31,653 nt of DNA from a virus. Taxonomy: Duplodnaviria > Caudoviricetes. Under the pieces are notes generated by a model, which saw only the letters and a program-made list of their open reading frames with translations, ran no database searches and was not told the origin of the DNA. A program made the position numbers and the translations under genes. Numbering within the stretch: the stretch's first letter is position 1; each line of letters opens with the position of its first letter. This document shows, one piece after another, positions 8,230 to 19,356 of the stretch. The DNA lies in the IMG/VR virus record IMGVR_UViG_3300042363_000622, positions 1-31,653 of that record; one strand, given 5' to 3'.

Positions 8230-8938
8230 TATAGAAAAAGCAAATAATAAAAATGGTTTTATGAAAGAGTTTGAGTCTTTAAGACCAGATCTTTTTTTTC
8301 CAGATCATTGGAATGAAGAACAAGTAAATAAAGCAATAGAGTTGGTTCGACCACAAAAAACAAGAACAGCAATGTTCTCATCTATTCCAATGAATTGTGA
8401 GGCAGAGAAATGTATTTATGCTTCAACCTGCCCTTTGTTAAAAGAAAACGTTGCTCCCAAAAATAATCCATGCCCAATAGAGATGTCGATGGTTTCTCAG
8501 TTTACTACTGAATACCTTGATCAATTAGATGTTAATCCAAACAACCTTGTGGAAGTTTCAATGGTCAGAGATTTAGTTGACCAAGAGGTTCAATACATGA
8601 GAAAAACAAAACTTCTTGCCAAAGAACATTTTATTCAAGAAAACGTTATTGGAGTAGATCAAGATGGTCAACCAATACTTAAAAAAGAATTACACCTCGC
8701 GGTAGAATTAGAAGATAAATTACATAAGCGTCGCAAAGATCTTAGAAACCAACTACTTGCAACTAGAGAAGCTAAAGCTAAAGTCGGTCAAGTACAACTT
8801 GATACAGCACAAGCAATTTCGGATATTATTAATAAAGTTCAATCCATAGAGAATCAAAGAGAAAAGATTCTTAGACAAAAACTTGGCACTTATGAAATAG
8901 ATGATTATATTGAATCTCAGGAAATAAAGGATGAGTAA
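8222..8938 (+). CDS. Hypothetical protein with Cys cluster and coiled coils; candidate small terminase subunit
   Basis: CEAEKCIYASTCP...CPIE, followed by helical C-terminal half ending LLATREAKAK. The TerS role is inferred only from size, helical content and position. Confidence 0.5.
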   Translation: MSNIEKANNKNGFMKEFESLRPDLFFPDHWNEEQVNKAIELVRPQKTRTAMFSSIPMNCEAEKCIYASTCPLLKENVAPKNNPCPIEMSMVSQFTTEYLDQLDVNPNNLVEVSMVRDLVDQEVQYMRKTKLLAKEHFIQENVIGVDQDGQPILKKELHLAVELEDKLHKRRKDLRNQLLATREAKAKVGQVQLDTAQAISDIINKVQSIENQREKILRQKLGTYEIDDYIESQEIKDE

Positions 8939-11900
8939 ATACGAAGATATAGTCAATATGTACCACAAAATATTTGGTGGCGAGATAGAAGAGATTAGAC
9001 AACAAGTAATTAGAAATGCAACTATTGGAACTAATAGTATGTCTAACGCTGTTTTGGACATGGCAAAACCAAGAGAAACAGTAATGAGTAGTCTAGATAA
9101 TCTTGAAGCTTCTTACAGAAAAGCGTTAGAAGCAGAATTAGAAATATCTATTTCAACTAAAGAGAAAAAGTTAACAATTGAAACAGCAATGTCAGCTCCA
9201 ACCATGAATTTAAATCTTATTTCAGATAGAGCAAAAAGAGAAGAATTAAATACTTTATGGCAAGACATTACTCTAACGGGGGTTAGGGAAAATCTAGGAC
9301 TACCATCAACCGTAGTTCCATCTGGGAACATTAGAACTGAAACCGCATACCTCAATGTTCCTCAACCTTTACCGGGGGATCCTGTTCATCCTTACTCTAC
9401 TTTGATGTCTGGTAGAGCAGTATCTGTATCTAGAGTAAAAAGTGGAGAAAGAGCCATGACAGTTTCTGGATCTAGTATACCAACTAGAAAATATTTAGAA
9501 ACAATGATGGAAAGACAAGATCCTGCACAGTTTATTCAAAATGCAATAGATCAAGGAAGAAAACTTACTTTCATGACCTCTGATATTGAGACTGGTGGAG
9601 TTGGCCCATATGATTTAGCTAGATCTGTTTTTGGACAAGTTTACGAAATGCCGACTGAAGTAGCAGTAACTGATGTTTCTACAGCAATAAAAGGACTTAC
9701 TCCAACTGGAGATACTTTTGACTTCCATATGCTTTTGCCAGAAATGCAAACTCTAACAAGAGGGCAAAGGGGTGGACTACCTAGTGTCCAACTTGGGGGA
9801 CGTTTGGCAGATATTGAAACTGGAAGATTTTTAGGAGGTGGAAGAACTGCAGCTGGAACTGGAAGAATATTTGATTTAGCAACCCAACAAGGAAGAACAC
9901 AATCCGCCGCAGAGTTAATGGGATATTTTGAAAAATTAGTACATCCAGATACAGTATTAGTTGGTAATAACTTTATAAACTTCGACATACCAAAATTGGT
10001 TGCTACCGCATCTACCCTTGAAGAGTTTATGAAAAATCCAGAAGCAAAAACAATTCTTGAAGCAGTGCAAGAAAAAGCTAAAAGTGGAAATGTTATAGAC
10101 GTTACAGATTTAGCTAGAAAATATTTGTCTAGAAAAGTACAAGAAAGAATGGCAGCTGCAGCTAGATCAGGTCTGCCCGATGCAGAATTGTCACCTGAAA
10201 GTTTAGCTAATATACTTAATGAAGGATTGACGTCTTTATTGTCACCTGAAAGTTTAGCTAAAGCAGGAATAGAAGCACAAGGCGTTAAGCCTTTCAGTAT
10301 TGAAAACATGGTTACATCAACAAATGTATTGGAACAAATGTATGATTCACCCGTTCCTGGTATGAAACAAGCTGTACTAGATTTAGCTGGTGGATCTCAC
10401 ATTTCTCAGTTAGACGCACAATTATCTATGTCTTTATTTAGCGGCATGGCGGATGAAACTTTAGATATAATAGATCCAGCGAATAGACCAGACCTATCTA
10501 CAGATAGAGGGCGAGCAATAGCTAGTGCGCTAAACGCAGTTAGTAGAGCTAGTGCAACCGTACCCACTTCTAATATAGCAAGCATGGGAGAAATATCAGA
10601 TCAAGTATTTAATTTCTTAACCGATACATCTGGCGCTTCAGATAGGACATTGTTGGGAGCAAGAGTTCAGACCATTGGCATGACTGGTGAAGTAGATGGC
10701 TTTGTTCATTATAATCCTCAAATAGGTAGATACGAAAAAGTATCAATGGATGGAACAACACGAACTCTTGGAGGTTCAGCTGGCGCTGCTGATACAACTT
10801 TGAGTAGAAAAATTAATAGAAACGCTGGTTTATTTGAAATAAGAAAAGCAATGCAAGAAGATTCAGATAAATTAGGTGATGCAGGCTATGTGCCACAAGT
10901 AATATCTACTGGAATAAATGTTGCAGAAGCAAGTCAGATGAACTCTACGTTAGCAGCTGTCTCAAGATTTTCTGGACTCCCAACTGTTGCAAGAGGTCCA
11001 ATGGGATTTTTGGCGACTGAAGCAGACGAAGACGCATTTGCTGCGTCTATGATTGCAACAAGAAAACATATAAGATTTCCACATTTAAGAGATAGACCAC
11101 AATCAGTAACATCAGGTCCCGGAAGACTTGATAACAATATGCTAGAACGTTTTGATGTTCCAAGCGCAACAGAAATGGCAGCAGCACAAGATGCGGTTTA
11201 TCAAGGCGGTGCAGGACTAGCAGTTTTAGACCCTGTAATGAGATCTAACTTTGTTGCGCTTTCAGCACAAACAGCTCACATTCCTTACGAGGGAAAAAAA
11301 GTAGAAATGGCTAAGGAGATAGCTAAAAAAGCAGAAGCACAAAGAGCATTAGCGGAAGGTAGAATTGTTACTGACGCTGAGTTAGATGCGTTTGTTTCTT
11401 CACTAAACGAGGACCAAATACAAAGTATTAATTTAAGAGCAACAGAAAGTTCTCGATATTTATCAGAACAAACAATGATACACGTTCCAACAATGAAGAC
11501 AACAAGAGTGGTAGATAGTGCAGGACAAGCAACTAAACCATTAATATCTAGATCGCTTCTTGCCGAAATGGTAACAGAAGATTCTTCTGGGGCAACAATA
11601 CCAATTGTTGATTCTGCACTTTGGAAACAAGCAGGATTAGATACAGCTACTTTTTCTATAGTTAAATCTCAAGACAAGGATATAGTTAACTTAGTTTTAG
11701 GAAAAGGTAGAATGAGTAGTGAAAGTGCAAATAAATTTGCTAACTCGTTAATAACAGTATTGAAAGATAAAGAAAAAAACAGAACAGCTGAACAACTTGT
11801 GAGTGATGGGTACGCATCTACAATACAAGAAGCACAGGTTCTTAAAAGTTTATTGTCAGGATCTGGATCAAGTGAAGAACAACAAAGGGCATTTACTCAA

Positions 11901-12635
11901 CAGTTAGTTGATAGACTAATGGAGTCTGGACCTGTAGTAGGTGCTCTAGAGGGCAAAGATGCAGCTGGTCCCAAAGTTATTCTTGAAGCTCTTGGCTCGG
12001 AAATAAACAATGATCAACCAGCAATAGCAAGAGGAGCTGTTTTTCAAATGCAGAACCTGGGTCAAGAAACGATAAGTATTTCGGGCGCTCTTCCACAAGC
12101 AGCACAAGATCAGTTAAATTATGTAGGAGGCGCAGTATCAGCACAGACTAACGCAGAGTTAGCTGGTGGGCTTATGGACACTCATTTGCAAGCTTTGGCA
12201 AAAGCAGAAACTAGTTCTACATTTAGAGATAAGTTGAAAAGAACTTTCAGCAGAGCTGGAGTAGATAACGGAATATTTGGAACTAGTATTGGAAGAAATA
12301 GAGTAGCTAGAGATGGAGCAATTTTAGAAACTCTTGCTAAAGTTAAACCAAAATTAGCCATGGGCGCAATAGCTGTTGGAGCAGCGAGTGCTGGTTACTA
12401 TTTAGCTAAGAGAAATAGAACAAACAGGATGTATGATGAAGTAATGCATCAACAGCCATATGAAGAACAAGGCCTTGTTCAAGACGCTAATTCTGGAATT
12501 CAACAAGATAATCAACAAACCAGTGCAAGAAGAGATCCTTTAGTAACTGCCGGAGTTGTTGGAAACTTAGATAGAAATAAAATTGGACACACTGCAATGG
12601 GTCCAAATAAATACAACCATCTTTACGGAGGATAA
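8931..12635 (+). CDS. Large protein (1234 aa) with a DEDD(h) 3'-5' exonuclease-like domain; putative virion-internal protein
   Basis: ExoI SDIETGG, ExoII GNNFINFDIP, IDVTDLAR, ExoIII-like SHISQLD. C-terminal hydrophobic segment LAMGAIAVGAASAGYYL. Confidence 0.65.
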   Translation: MSKYEDIVNMYHKIFGGEIEEIRQQVIRNATIGTNSMSNAVLDMAKPRETVMSSLDNLEASYRKALEAELEISISTKEKKLTIETAMSAPTMNLNLISDRAKREELNTLWQDITLTGVRENLGLPSTVVPSGNIRTETAYLNVPQPLPGDPVHPYSTLMSGRAVSVSRVKSGERAMTVSGSSIPTRKYLETMMERQDPAQFIQNAIDQGRKLTFMTSDIETGGVGPYDLARSVFGQVYEMPTEVAVTDVSTAIKGLTPTGDTFDFHMLLPEMQTLTRGQRGGLPSVQLGGRLADIETGRFLGGGRTAAGTGRIFDLATQQGRTQSAAELMGYFEKLVHPDTVLVGNNFINFDIPKLVATASTLEEFMKNPEAKTILEAVQEKAKSGNVIDVTDLARKYLSRKVQERMAAAARSGLPDAELSPESLANILNEGLTSLLSPESLAKAGIEAQGVKPFSIENMVTSTNVLEQMYDSPVPGMKQAVLDLAGGSHISQLDAQLSMSLFSGMADETLDIIDPANRPDLSTDRGRAIASALNAVSRASATVPTSNIASMGEISDQVFNFLTDTSGASDRTLLGARVQTIGMTGEVDGFVHYNPQIGRYEKVSMDGTTRTLGGSAGAADTTLSRKINRNAGLFEIRKAMQEDSDKLGDAGYVPQVISTGINVAEASQMNSTLAAVSRFSGLPTVARGPMGFLATEADEDAFAASMIATRKHIRFPHLRDRPQSVTSGPGRLDNNMLERFDVPSATEMAAAQDAVYQGGAGLAVLDPVMRSNFVALSAQTAHIPYEGKKVEMAKEIAKKAEAQRALAEGRIVTDAELDAFVSSLNEDQIQSINLRATESSRYLSEQTMIHVPTMKTTRVVDSAGQATKPLISRSLLAEMVTEDSSGATIPIVDSALWKQAGLDTATFSIVKSQDKDIVNLVLGKGRMSSESANKFANSLITVLKDKEKNRTAEQLVSDGYASTIQEAQVLKSLLSGSGSSEEQQRAFTQQLVDRLMESGPVVGALEGKDAAGPKVILEALGSEINNDQPAIARGAVFQMQNLGQETISISGALPQAAQDQLNYVGGAVSAQTNAELAGGLMDTHLQALAKAETSSTFRDKLKRTFSRAGVDNGIFGTSIGRNRVARDGAILETLAKVKPKLAMGAIAVGAASAGYYLAKRNRTNRMYDEVMHQQPYEEQGLVQDANSGIQQDNQQTSARRDPLVTAGVVGNLDRNKIGHTAMGPNKYNHLYGG
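10187..10261 (+). repeat. Exact 24-nt direct repeat, copies 51 nt apart
   Basis: ATTGTCACCTGAAAGTTTAGCTAA at 10187-10210 and 10238-10261, encoding LSPESLA twice. Confidence 0.9.
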
Positions 12636-12640
12636 CCTAA

Positions 12641-13313
12641 ATGCCAGTAAACGCAAATTCAGTAAGTTCAGGCATAGAAGCTGGTATGGGACTATTGGGT
12701 AAGGTAGGTTCATCCTATGTTGGACAAGTAGCCAAAGATGTTATGAGGTCAAAGTCTGCTAAAGGAGCAATACTTGGTGGATTATTTTTAGCTGGGATTG
12801 GAAAAGAAGTAGTAAGACCAAGCATTAAAGCTGGTATGGATGTAGCTTTTGATGACCCAAATGCAGATCAAAAAGTATTAGGAACAGATTTAACTCCTTC
12901 AATGTTGATTGGCGCCAATGTTGGAGGTCCCATAGGAGGCCTTGCAAGGGGGCGTAATGCCTACAGATTCGGAGTTGGGGGAACTGACCCATATACTGCT
13001 CAAAAGAACGTAGGAAGAGGAGGAGCAGCTCTTGGTGCTGTTGGTGGCGGTATACTTCGGATACCTAAAATCTGGAAACAAAGTTAAGGGAGCTATAATG
13101 GGCGCAACTGCTGGCGCAGCTGCTGGTAACGTAGCAGGTAGAGTAACTGGTGCAACTGGATCTTTAATGTTTGCTAAAAACTACGCACAAACAAATGCAC
13201 AAATAATAAACGAATCTCCTTTTTATAATAGATCATTGATGACAGCAGACAGAATGAATGCTAGCGGAAATATTGTTCTTGGCGCCCATAATACAAGAAA
13301 AGGTCAATACTAA
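12641..13313 (+). CDS. Gly/Ala-rich glycine-zipper protein (~223 aa), +1 frame change at CGG 13058-13060
   Basis: Track ORFs 12641..13087 and 13032..13313 join as GAVGGGIL-(C)GGA-YLKSGNK. The fused stop overlaps the next ATG (TAATG). Confidence 0.7.
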
Positions 13314-14897
13314 TGGCTGGAATGGATAATTTTTCTCAACAAGTTCAAAGTGGGGCTCAGGCACCACAACAAGAATTACCACTGGCAATGAGGGCATTGG
13401 CTGCAAATCCATTCCAGATTAGTCTTACTGCTCTGGCAGGACATAACATTGGTAGATTTACAAACACTATGTTCGAAGGTGGATTCCTAGACACCGCTAC
13501 TGGAGCAAGTGGAAAAAGATCTGCAGTTAAAGGGTTTTTAGGAAGAAGAACAGGTGCTTACGCTGGTAATGTCATGCAGGATAATAGCGCATACGCTATG
13601 GGTTCTGCATTCAGAAAGAATATGCCATCATTTACTGGAAAAATGGGCAGAAACTTTGAACAAGGTGGCAGAAAAATAAAAGCATTAGCAGCAAACAGTC
13701 CACTTAATCCATTTGGTATCAGAAGATTTGATTCTTTAGCCAGACTTGCTGGAGACACTAGTCAAAAAGGAGTATATACACCATTCCAAGCAACAGGTAT
13801 GATTACGGAAAAAGTTTTTAATTCTAAAGGAAAACTTGGAAAAGTTTTTAGGGGTAAATTTGCAGATGAACTTAGTCCAACCGGTCAAATAGGAGAAGGA
13901 AAAACCATATACAGTGGTGGTGTTTTTGGTCGAATAAATACCATGGGCAAAATAATGGATTACGAAAAGCAAGTAGATGCTTTTAAAGCTTTAGGTCCAA
14001 GGAATCCAGCTAGTTACACCAGAGGAGAAGCAAGAATAGCAAGAAGAGCAGAAAAGGCAGCAACTAAATTAGCTAAATTTGATCAAAATATCATAAAGCT
14101 TGGAATGCAAACCGACGCACCATTTATGACTTCAGCGATAAATAATGCTAGTTCCCGGAATGAGTTCTTCTAGAGCAGCAGGATTTAGAAGCACTTTGTT
14201 AAACGATGCTGACTTTTTACAAGATACAATAAATAAAACAGGTAGAATGAGAGCTGTGTCACAAACCTCTAAGGGATTTGTATCTAGAAGAATTCTCGAC
14301 CACGCTGGAATAATGATGGGTCGTGGAGCTGAGTTTTATGGGACTCGAGCTTTTAACAATACTGTAAATACATTTGCTAAAGCCATGGAAGGTTCTAAAT
14401 TCGGCGGACTAGGGGCAGCAGCCTTGGATGATACGGCACATGGATTCAAGAAGGTTATGGGGATCTATGCCGCCGACGCTTCAGACTTACTCAAGTCTGG
14501 TAACACTAAAATGATTAGACAAACAGCTGGAAAATTAGGTATGGAAGCTTTTGCTAGAAGAGAATTTGGCACTGCTGCAAAGATGGCTATAAATTATACA
14601 GGTACGCACGGAAAATTTGCCATGAAAGCTTTTAATGTTGTTGGTACAGCTAGCATAGTATATGATCTTGGTAAAGGCGTAGGAAAAATGATGATGGGAG
14701 GCGTCAATCTTGGTAAAGATGCGCTAAAATCTATGCAGGGCAGTATGAACAAACCATTATTTGGGGCAGGATTTAAAGACAATGAAGTTGCAGCAACATC
14801 AAGATCTAGAGGAGTTATGGCTATACAAAACTCAAGACTTAATGCAAGAAGTGCCCTTGGATCAGAGGGTGCTATGATGGCAGCACATTTTGGATAA
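13313..14897 (+). CDS. Basic Gly/Ala/Met-rich protein (~527 aa), +1 frame change at CGG 14156-14158; putative internal/ejection protein
   Basis: Track ORFs 13313..14173 and 14145..14897 join as NNASS-(C)GGA-MSSSR. Composition is uniform across the junction. Confidence 0.65.
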
Positions 14898-14900
14898 TAT

Positions 14901-16775
14901 ATGAGCACAACTTTATCATCAAGAACTAAAAAGTTTAGACAAGATTTAGAAAAATTATCTAGAGAAGATTTATTAGAAATAATAAAAGATCAAGACATAG
15001 AAACATTCAAACAAATAAATAGAATTGAATGGGTTTTTCAAAATAAATTAAATCATTTAAACTGGGCCGATGGAAGCACAATAACGGAACGTCCATTAAC
15101 CAATAAAGAGTTAGCATTATTGGTAGACGAACCATTTGATCTTGATATGGATCTTTTGGATCTAGGAATCTCTGGAGAGCAACAAAGGCAAATACATATA
15201 GCTAAAGACCCGTGCGTGTGGGCAAGACAATTCTTGCAAGCAGAAACAAGAGTTTATCAAACTCTAATATTGAGAGATCCTGCATTAAGAAAAGTTCTAA
15301 GAGCTGGTCGTCGTCTTGGTAAAACTTTTAGTATGGCAGTTTATTTGTTGCATTACAGTTACACTCATAAAGACGGAAGATGTCTTGTTATTGCACCAAT
15401 GAAATCTCACGTTGAATTAATTTATCAAGAGATTTTAAGACTCGCATCTAAGAATGAAATTGTAATGAACTCTATAGTAAGAAAAGTTACAAGTCCTCAA
15501 TTTATGATTCAATTTTCCAATGGATCAACGATTAGATTTTTTACATCTGGTATGCGTTCTGGTGGAAAATCAGACGTAGCTCGTGGTCAAGAAGCCCATG
15601 TTATTGTTCTTGACGAAATGGATTACATGCACGCAGATGACCTTGACGCATTATATGCAATGCTACAGAAAACGGCAGAAGACCAACCAGACAAAGTTTT
15701 GATTGGAGCTTCAACTCCAACTGGTAGAAGAGAACGCTTTTGGGAGTGGTGTAGGTCAGAAAGATTTAAAGAGTTTTGGTTTCCTTCATACTGTAATCCC
15801 TATTTTGCTAAAGAACAAGAGGATGAATTTAGAGAGCAGTATTCGGAAATAGGATACAGACACGAAATTGAAGCAGACTGGGGTGAAGACGCAGAAGGTG
15901 TATACCCAAGAAAATATGTTGATAAAGCTTTTATAGAACCAAACTGGAATTACGACGCTGAGCTAAAGTCAGCTAGATCTTTTCACGTAATAGGAGTTGA
16001 CTGGGACAAGTATGGAGCTGGTACAAATATAGTTGTTTTAGAGGTATGCTCAGACACATATGAGGAAGAAAGATTTAGAAATAAAGTAAGACTCGCCTAT
16101 AGAGAAGAAATAGAAAGATCTGAATACACATTAACTAAAGCAGTTTCTAGAATTGTTGATTTAAATAATATCTTTATGCCAAAACATATTTACGTAGACA
16201 GAGGATATGGAGAAGTCCAGGTAGAACTGTTACATAAGTACGGAGTGGAAAATCCACTTTCCGGATTAAAGCAAAAAGTTAAAGGGGTTGGATTTGGAGA
16301 GTCTATAGATTTAAGAGATCCATATACTAAACAGGTTGTTAAAAAAGAAATCAAACCATACATGGTGGATAACTTGAGACAATATCTTGAAAAAGAATTA
16401 TTAATGATTCCAGAAAAAGATAATGAAATGTATATGCAATTGATATCTTATGTTGTATTAAGAACAACTCAAACTGGTAGACCAGTATTCGAAGCTGGAG
16501 GATCAGCACAGGACCACGCACACGATGCACTAATTTTAGCCTTGCTTTCTATAACTCAAAACTATGGAGATTTGCATAAAGCAAGGTATACTACAACTAC
16601 AAGCTCATTTTCTAATACGTTCTTCATGCCAGGAAGTGGAGATAGAGAAGATGATGATACTGATGCAAGTAAAACAAAAGTATCAAACAGAACAGACTCT
16701 CTAGGTGCAAAGACATCATTAAGAAAAAGTTTTAGCAGACGTGCAAGTGCACCAATTAAAAGACAGGTATTTTAA
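14901..16775 (+). CDS. terL: Terminase large subunit
   Basis: Walker A AGRRLGKT, Walker B IVLDEMD, motif III ASTPTG, nuclease motifs IGVDW, YVDRG and DHAHDAL. Confidence 0.93.
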   Translation: MSTTLSSRTKKFRQDLEKLSREDLLEIIKDQDIETFKQINRIEWVFQNKLNHLNWADGSTITERPLTNKELALLVDEPFDLDMDLLDLGISGEQQRQIHIAKDPCVWARQFLQAETRVYQTLILRDPALRKVLRAGRRLGKTFSMAVYLLHYSYTHKDGRCLVIAPMKSHVELIYQEILRLASKNEIVMNSIVRKVTSPQFMIQFSNGSTIRFFTSGMRSGGKSDVARGQEAHVIVLDEMDYMHADDLDALYAMLQKTAEDQPDKVLIGASTPTGRRERFWEWCRSERFKEFWFPSYCNPYFAKEQEDEFREQYSEIGYRHEIEADWGEDAEGVYPRKYVDKAFIEPNWNYDAELKSARSFHVIGVDWDKYGAGTNIVVLEVCSDTYEEERFRNKVRLAYREEIERSEYTLTKAVSRIVDLNNIFMPKHIYVDRGYGEVQVELLHKYGVENPLSGLKQKVKGVGFGESIDLRDPYTKQVVKKEIKPYMVDNLRQYLEKELLMIPEKDNEMYMQLISYVVLRTTQTGRPVFEAGGSAQDHAHDALILALLSITQNYGDLHKARYTTTTSSFSNTFFMPGSGDREDDDTDASKTKVSNRTDSLGAKTSLRKSFSRRASAPIKRQVF

Positions 16776-16777
16776 AA

Positions 16778-18376
16778 ATGGCAAACTATGGATTAGGAAA
16801 ATCTAATGCAGTAGAGGATGTTTTTGCTGACCCATATTCTGATGTGTCTTCTTTTAACTCTGTAGAAAAAAGACTTAATGAAGCAGGTATAGAAAATTCT
16901 AATGGATTATTAAATTATACTAATGTTTCACAAATACCGATTGGACAGGTAAGGTCCTACGTGTTTGATTGTGATCAAATTATTAAAAAATTAATTGAAG
17001 AATTAGATGATAATTTACTTAAGGTTAATATTAATGCATACGTTTCTGTAGATATGGAAAATGCACATAAAGCAGTTTGGCAAGATGCTCAAAAGTATTA
17101 TAGTGATCAACAAAATGATGAAAACACATTTACAACCATGGAAGTAAAGTCTGCTCCAGATTTTATTTGCTACAGACAATATACATACGCGCAAGAGCAC
17201 AAGTGCAGAGCTTGTAGAGAGTTTGTAAAGCAGTACGATATAGCTATTTCTCATACAAGTTTTGGACATTTAATAAGTCTAAAAAAAATACTAAACTACA
17301 TTCATAGTGAAGTTTCAACAATAAAAAATATAGTTATATATTATTTAGGGGAAGAGTATAAAGATGAAACCGAAGGGGAGATTGCAAAACACCTCGCAGA
17401 CTGGACAAAAGCAGTTACGCACTATACGAAGCAGTTTGCCAAAGAAATCACAAGCCAGCCAGTCTCAATTCCACAATCCGAATTGGATCAAGTCTCTAAA
17501 AAACAAGCCGCTCAATTCCAAGCTTTTTTTTCGATCAAAATAAATTCAATGTCTTCTGAAATAAATTCTATACTTGGCTTAATCAAAAGGGACTGTGTTG
17601 ACCTAGGTGATATGTTCTATAACAATTATTTAGTTCCTGCAATGACATTTAAGTCTAAATTAATAGAACCAATAATGACAGACATTAATACCACTTCTTT
17701 TGCAAAAAATGCACCGATGTTGACTGGCGAAATGATCATTGCAAGCAATGCAATAATTGGAAATTTAGGATCAGTAACTACTGACCTTGTAGAAAAAAGA
17801 TTAAATTTAGGCAAAAGAATGAGAGCCTATTTAGATCTTTTGAGATTAAAAAGAAGATATATTAATTATATAATTCAATTAGAAGATTTTGCTGCTCAAA
17901 GAACAATAGCATTAGCTTCTCCGACGGCAGATGACGTAACTAGATATAATGATATATTTGATCAAATATATGTAGATAATTCGAAAAGAGAAAATCTTAG
18001 ATCTTCACATAACGACCTAGATGATCTCGACGGAGATGCCCATCCTCAGTATTTAAGAGCTGACGGCGGAATAATAAAGGGCGACATAACCATCCAAAAC
18101 GGGGCAAAGATAGATGGCGTTAGCTTAGCAAATCATAGTCATAATTTTGAAGATGGAAGCAATCCAATAAGTGCAAGCTCAATAGATTATCAATCTGCAA
18201 GACAAGATTATTATGATAACGTTGACAACAAGCCATATTCAAACTTAGTGTTATCGGGTTTTGAATCTGTTAAAAAGATAGGTGGAGGACACGAATATAG
18301 TGCCACCTTTGAAATTGAGGTAGATGATGATAAGATTAGCACATATGATTTTGAGATTCTTTACAAAGAGTTATAA
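16778..18376 (+). CDS. Putative virion structural protein (532 aa)
   Basis: C-terminal HNDLDDLDGDAHPQYL...IDGVSLANHSH motifs are typical of tail/spike proteins; the N-terminal part is helical. Confidence 0.55.
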   Translation: MANYGLGKSNAVEDVFADPYSDVSSFNSVEKRLNEAGIENSNGLLNYTNVSQIPIGQVRSYVFDCDQIIKKLIEELDDNLLKVNINAYVSVDMENAHKAVWQDAQKYYSDQQNDENTFTTMEVKSAPDFICYRQYTYAQEHKCRACREFVKQYDIAISHTSFGHLISLKKILNYIHSEVSTIKNIVIYYLGEEYKDETEGEIAKHLADWTKAVTHYTKQFAKEITSQPVSIPQSELDQVSKKQAAQFQAFFSIKINSMSSEINSILGLIKRDCVDLGDMFYNNYLVPAMTFKSKLIEPIMTDINTTSFAKNAPMLTGEMIIASNAIIGNLGSVTTDLVEKRLNLGKRMRAYLDLLRLKRRYINYIIQLEDFAAQRTIALASPTADDVTRYNDIFDQIYVDNSKRENLRSSHNDLDDLDGDAHPQYLRADGGIIKGDITIQNGAKIDGVSLANHSHNFEDGSNPISASSIDYQSARQDYYDNVDNKPYSNLVLSGFESVKKIGGGHEYSATFEIEVDDDKISTYDFEILYKEL

Positions 18377-18378
18377 CA

Positions 18379-19356
18379 ATGCCTTGGTTTAATTATTATA
18401 CTGCATCAAATTTAGAAACGTCCGTAAAGCCTCCTATTAGGAGATCAATATCTTTTCCAGCACTCGCTGACAACTTAAAGGTAAATGATTGGATTCACGC
18501 TCCATTGGATGAGTTAAATATAGGTCAAGTTTTTTCTTCGTCAAACAACGTTATTGAGCAGTCTTTTGATCAAGATTCATATTTAGTTACATATGAAACT
18601 GCAACATCGACAACTGCAACCTACTCCTACATTGACGCTAGTAATAATCTCTACTTTAGATCTTTAACAGATGTAAACGCAGGTTCAAGACCAGACGGCG
18701 CATATTATATCTACTATCATAGCGATAACATTCAATATATATCATTGATTGGCAGTAACTATGTTAGAACAGTAAATCCATCTGGTTCAAACTTTATGGG
18801 ATCTCCAACTGGCTCTGGCTCCAATCTTGTTAACTACTATTCTCATTCCGTAGTAGCTGGATCCTCAAATGTGCGAGTATCTCAAATTACTTATTTGGGA
18901 GACCCAGGAATATGGGTTAATGGAAAAACACAAACTGTAGGAGCAAAAGTATTAGGAAACTTTGATGGTCCAAAGTTAATTATTTATGGAGATAAGGGTC
19001 CAGACAAAGGAAAAATAAACCTTAAAATAATTAAGACCTCTGCAACAACAAGTGGACAATCAGTAGTATATACCTCAAACGGTATAGACCTTTACAATAC
19101 AAATGCTGTTGTAGATACTCCAATATTTACTATAGATTTAAATACGCAAACTTCTGTTACTGGGCTAAATGCATACGATGATTACTATGGTTCTTTCTCT
19201 TACGAGATTGAACTTCTTGCAACCAAGAATCAATCTTCTAGTGCAACTGGACTCTCAGTAACAAAACATACTTACAGTAAAAATTATAAACTTTCTTTCA
19301 ATAAAGAAGAGATAGATCCTTCAATATCTTTTACAAGCACCGGAGTAATACGATGA
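18379..19356 (+). CDS. Putative virion structural protein (325 aa, beta-rich)
   Basis: Ser/Thr/Tyr/Asn-rich. FDGPKLIIYGDKGPDKG resembles a carbohydrate-binding jelly-roll segment. Confidence 0.55.
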   Translation: MPWFNYYTASNLETSVKPPIRRSISFPALADNLKVNDWIHAPLDELNIGQVFSSSNNVIEQSFDQDSYLVTYETATSTTATYSYIDASNNLYFRSLTDVNAGSRPDGAYYIYYHSDNIQYISLIGSNYVRTVNPSGSNFMGSPTGSGSNLVNYYSHSVVAGSSNVRVSQITYLGDPGIWVNGKTQTVGAKVLGNFDGPKLIIYGDKGPDKGKINLKIIKTSATTSGQSVVYTSNGIDLYNTNAVVDTPIFTIDLNTQTSVTGLNAYDDYYGSFSYEIELLATKNQSSSATGLSVTKHTYSKNYKLSFNKEEIDPSISFTSTGVIR

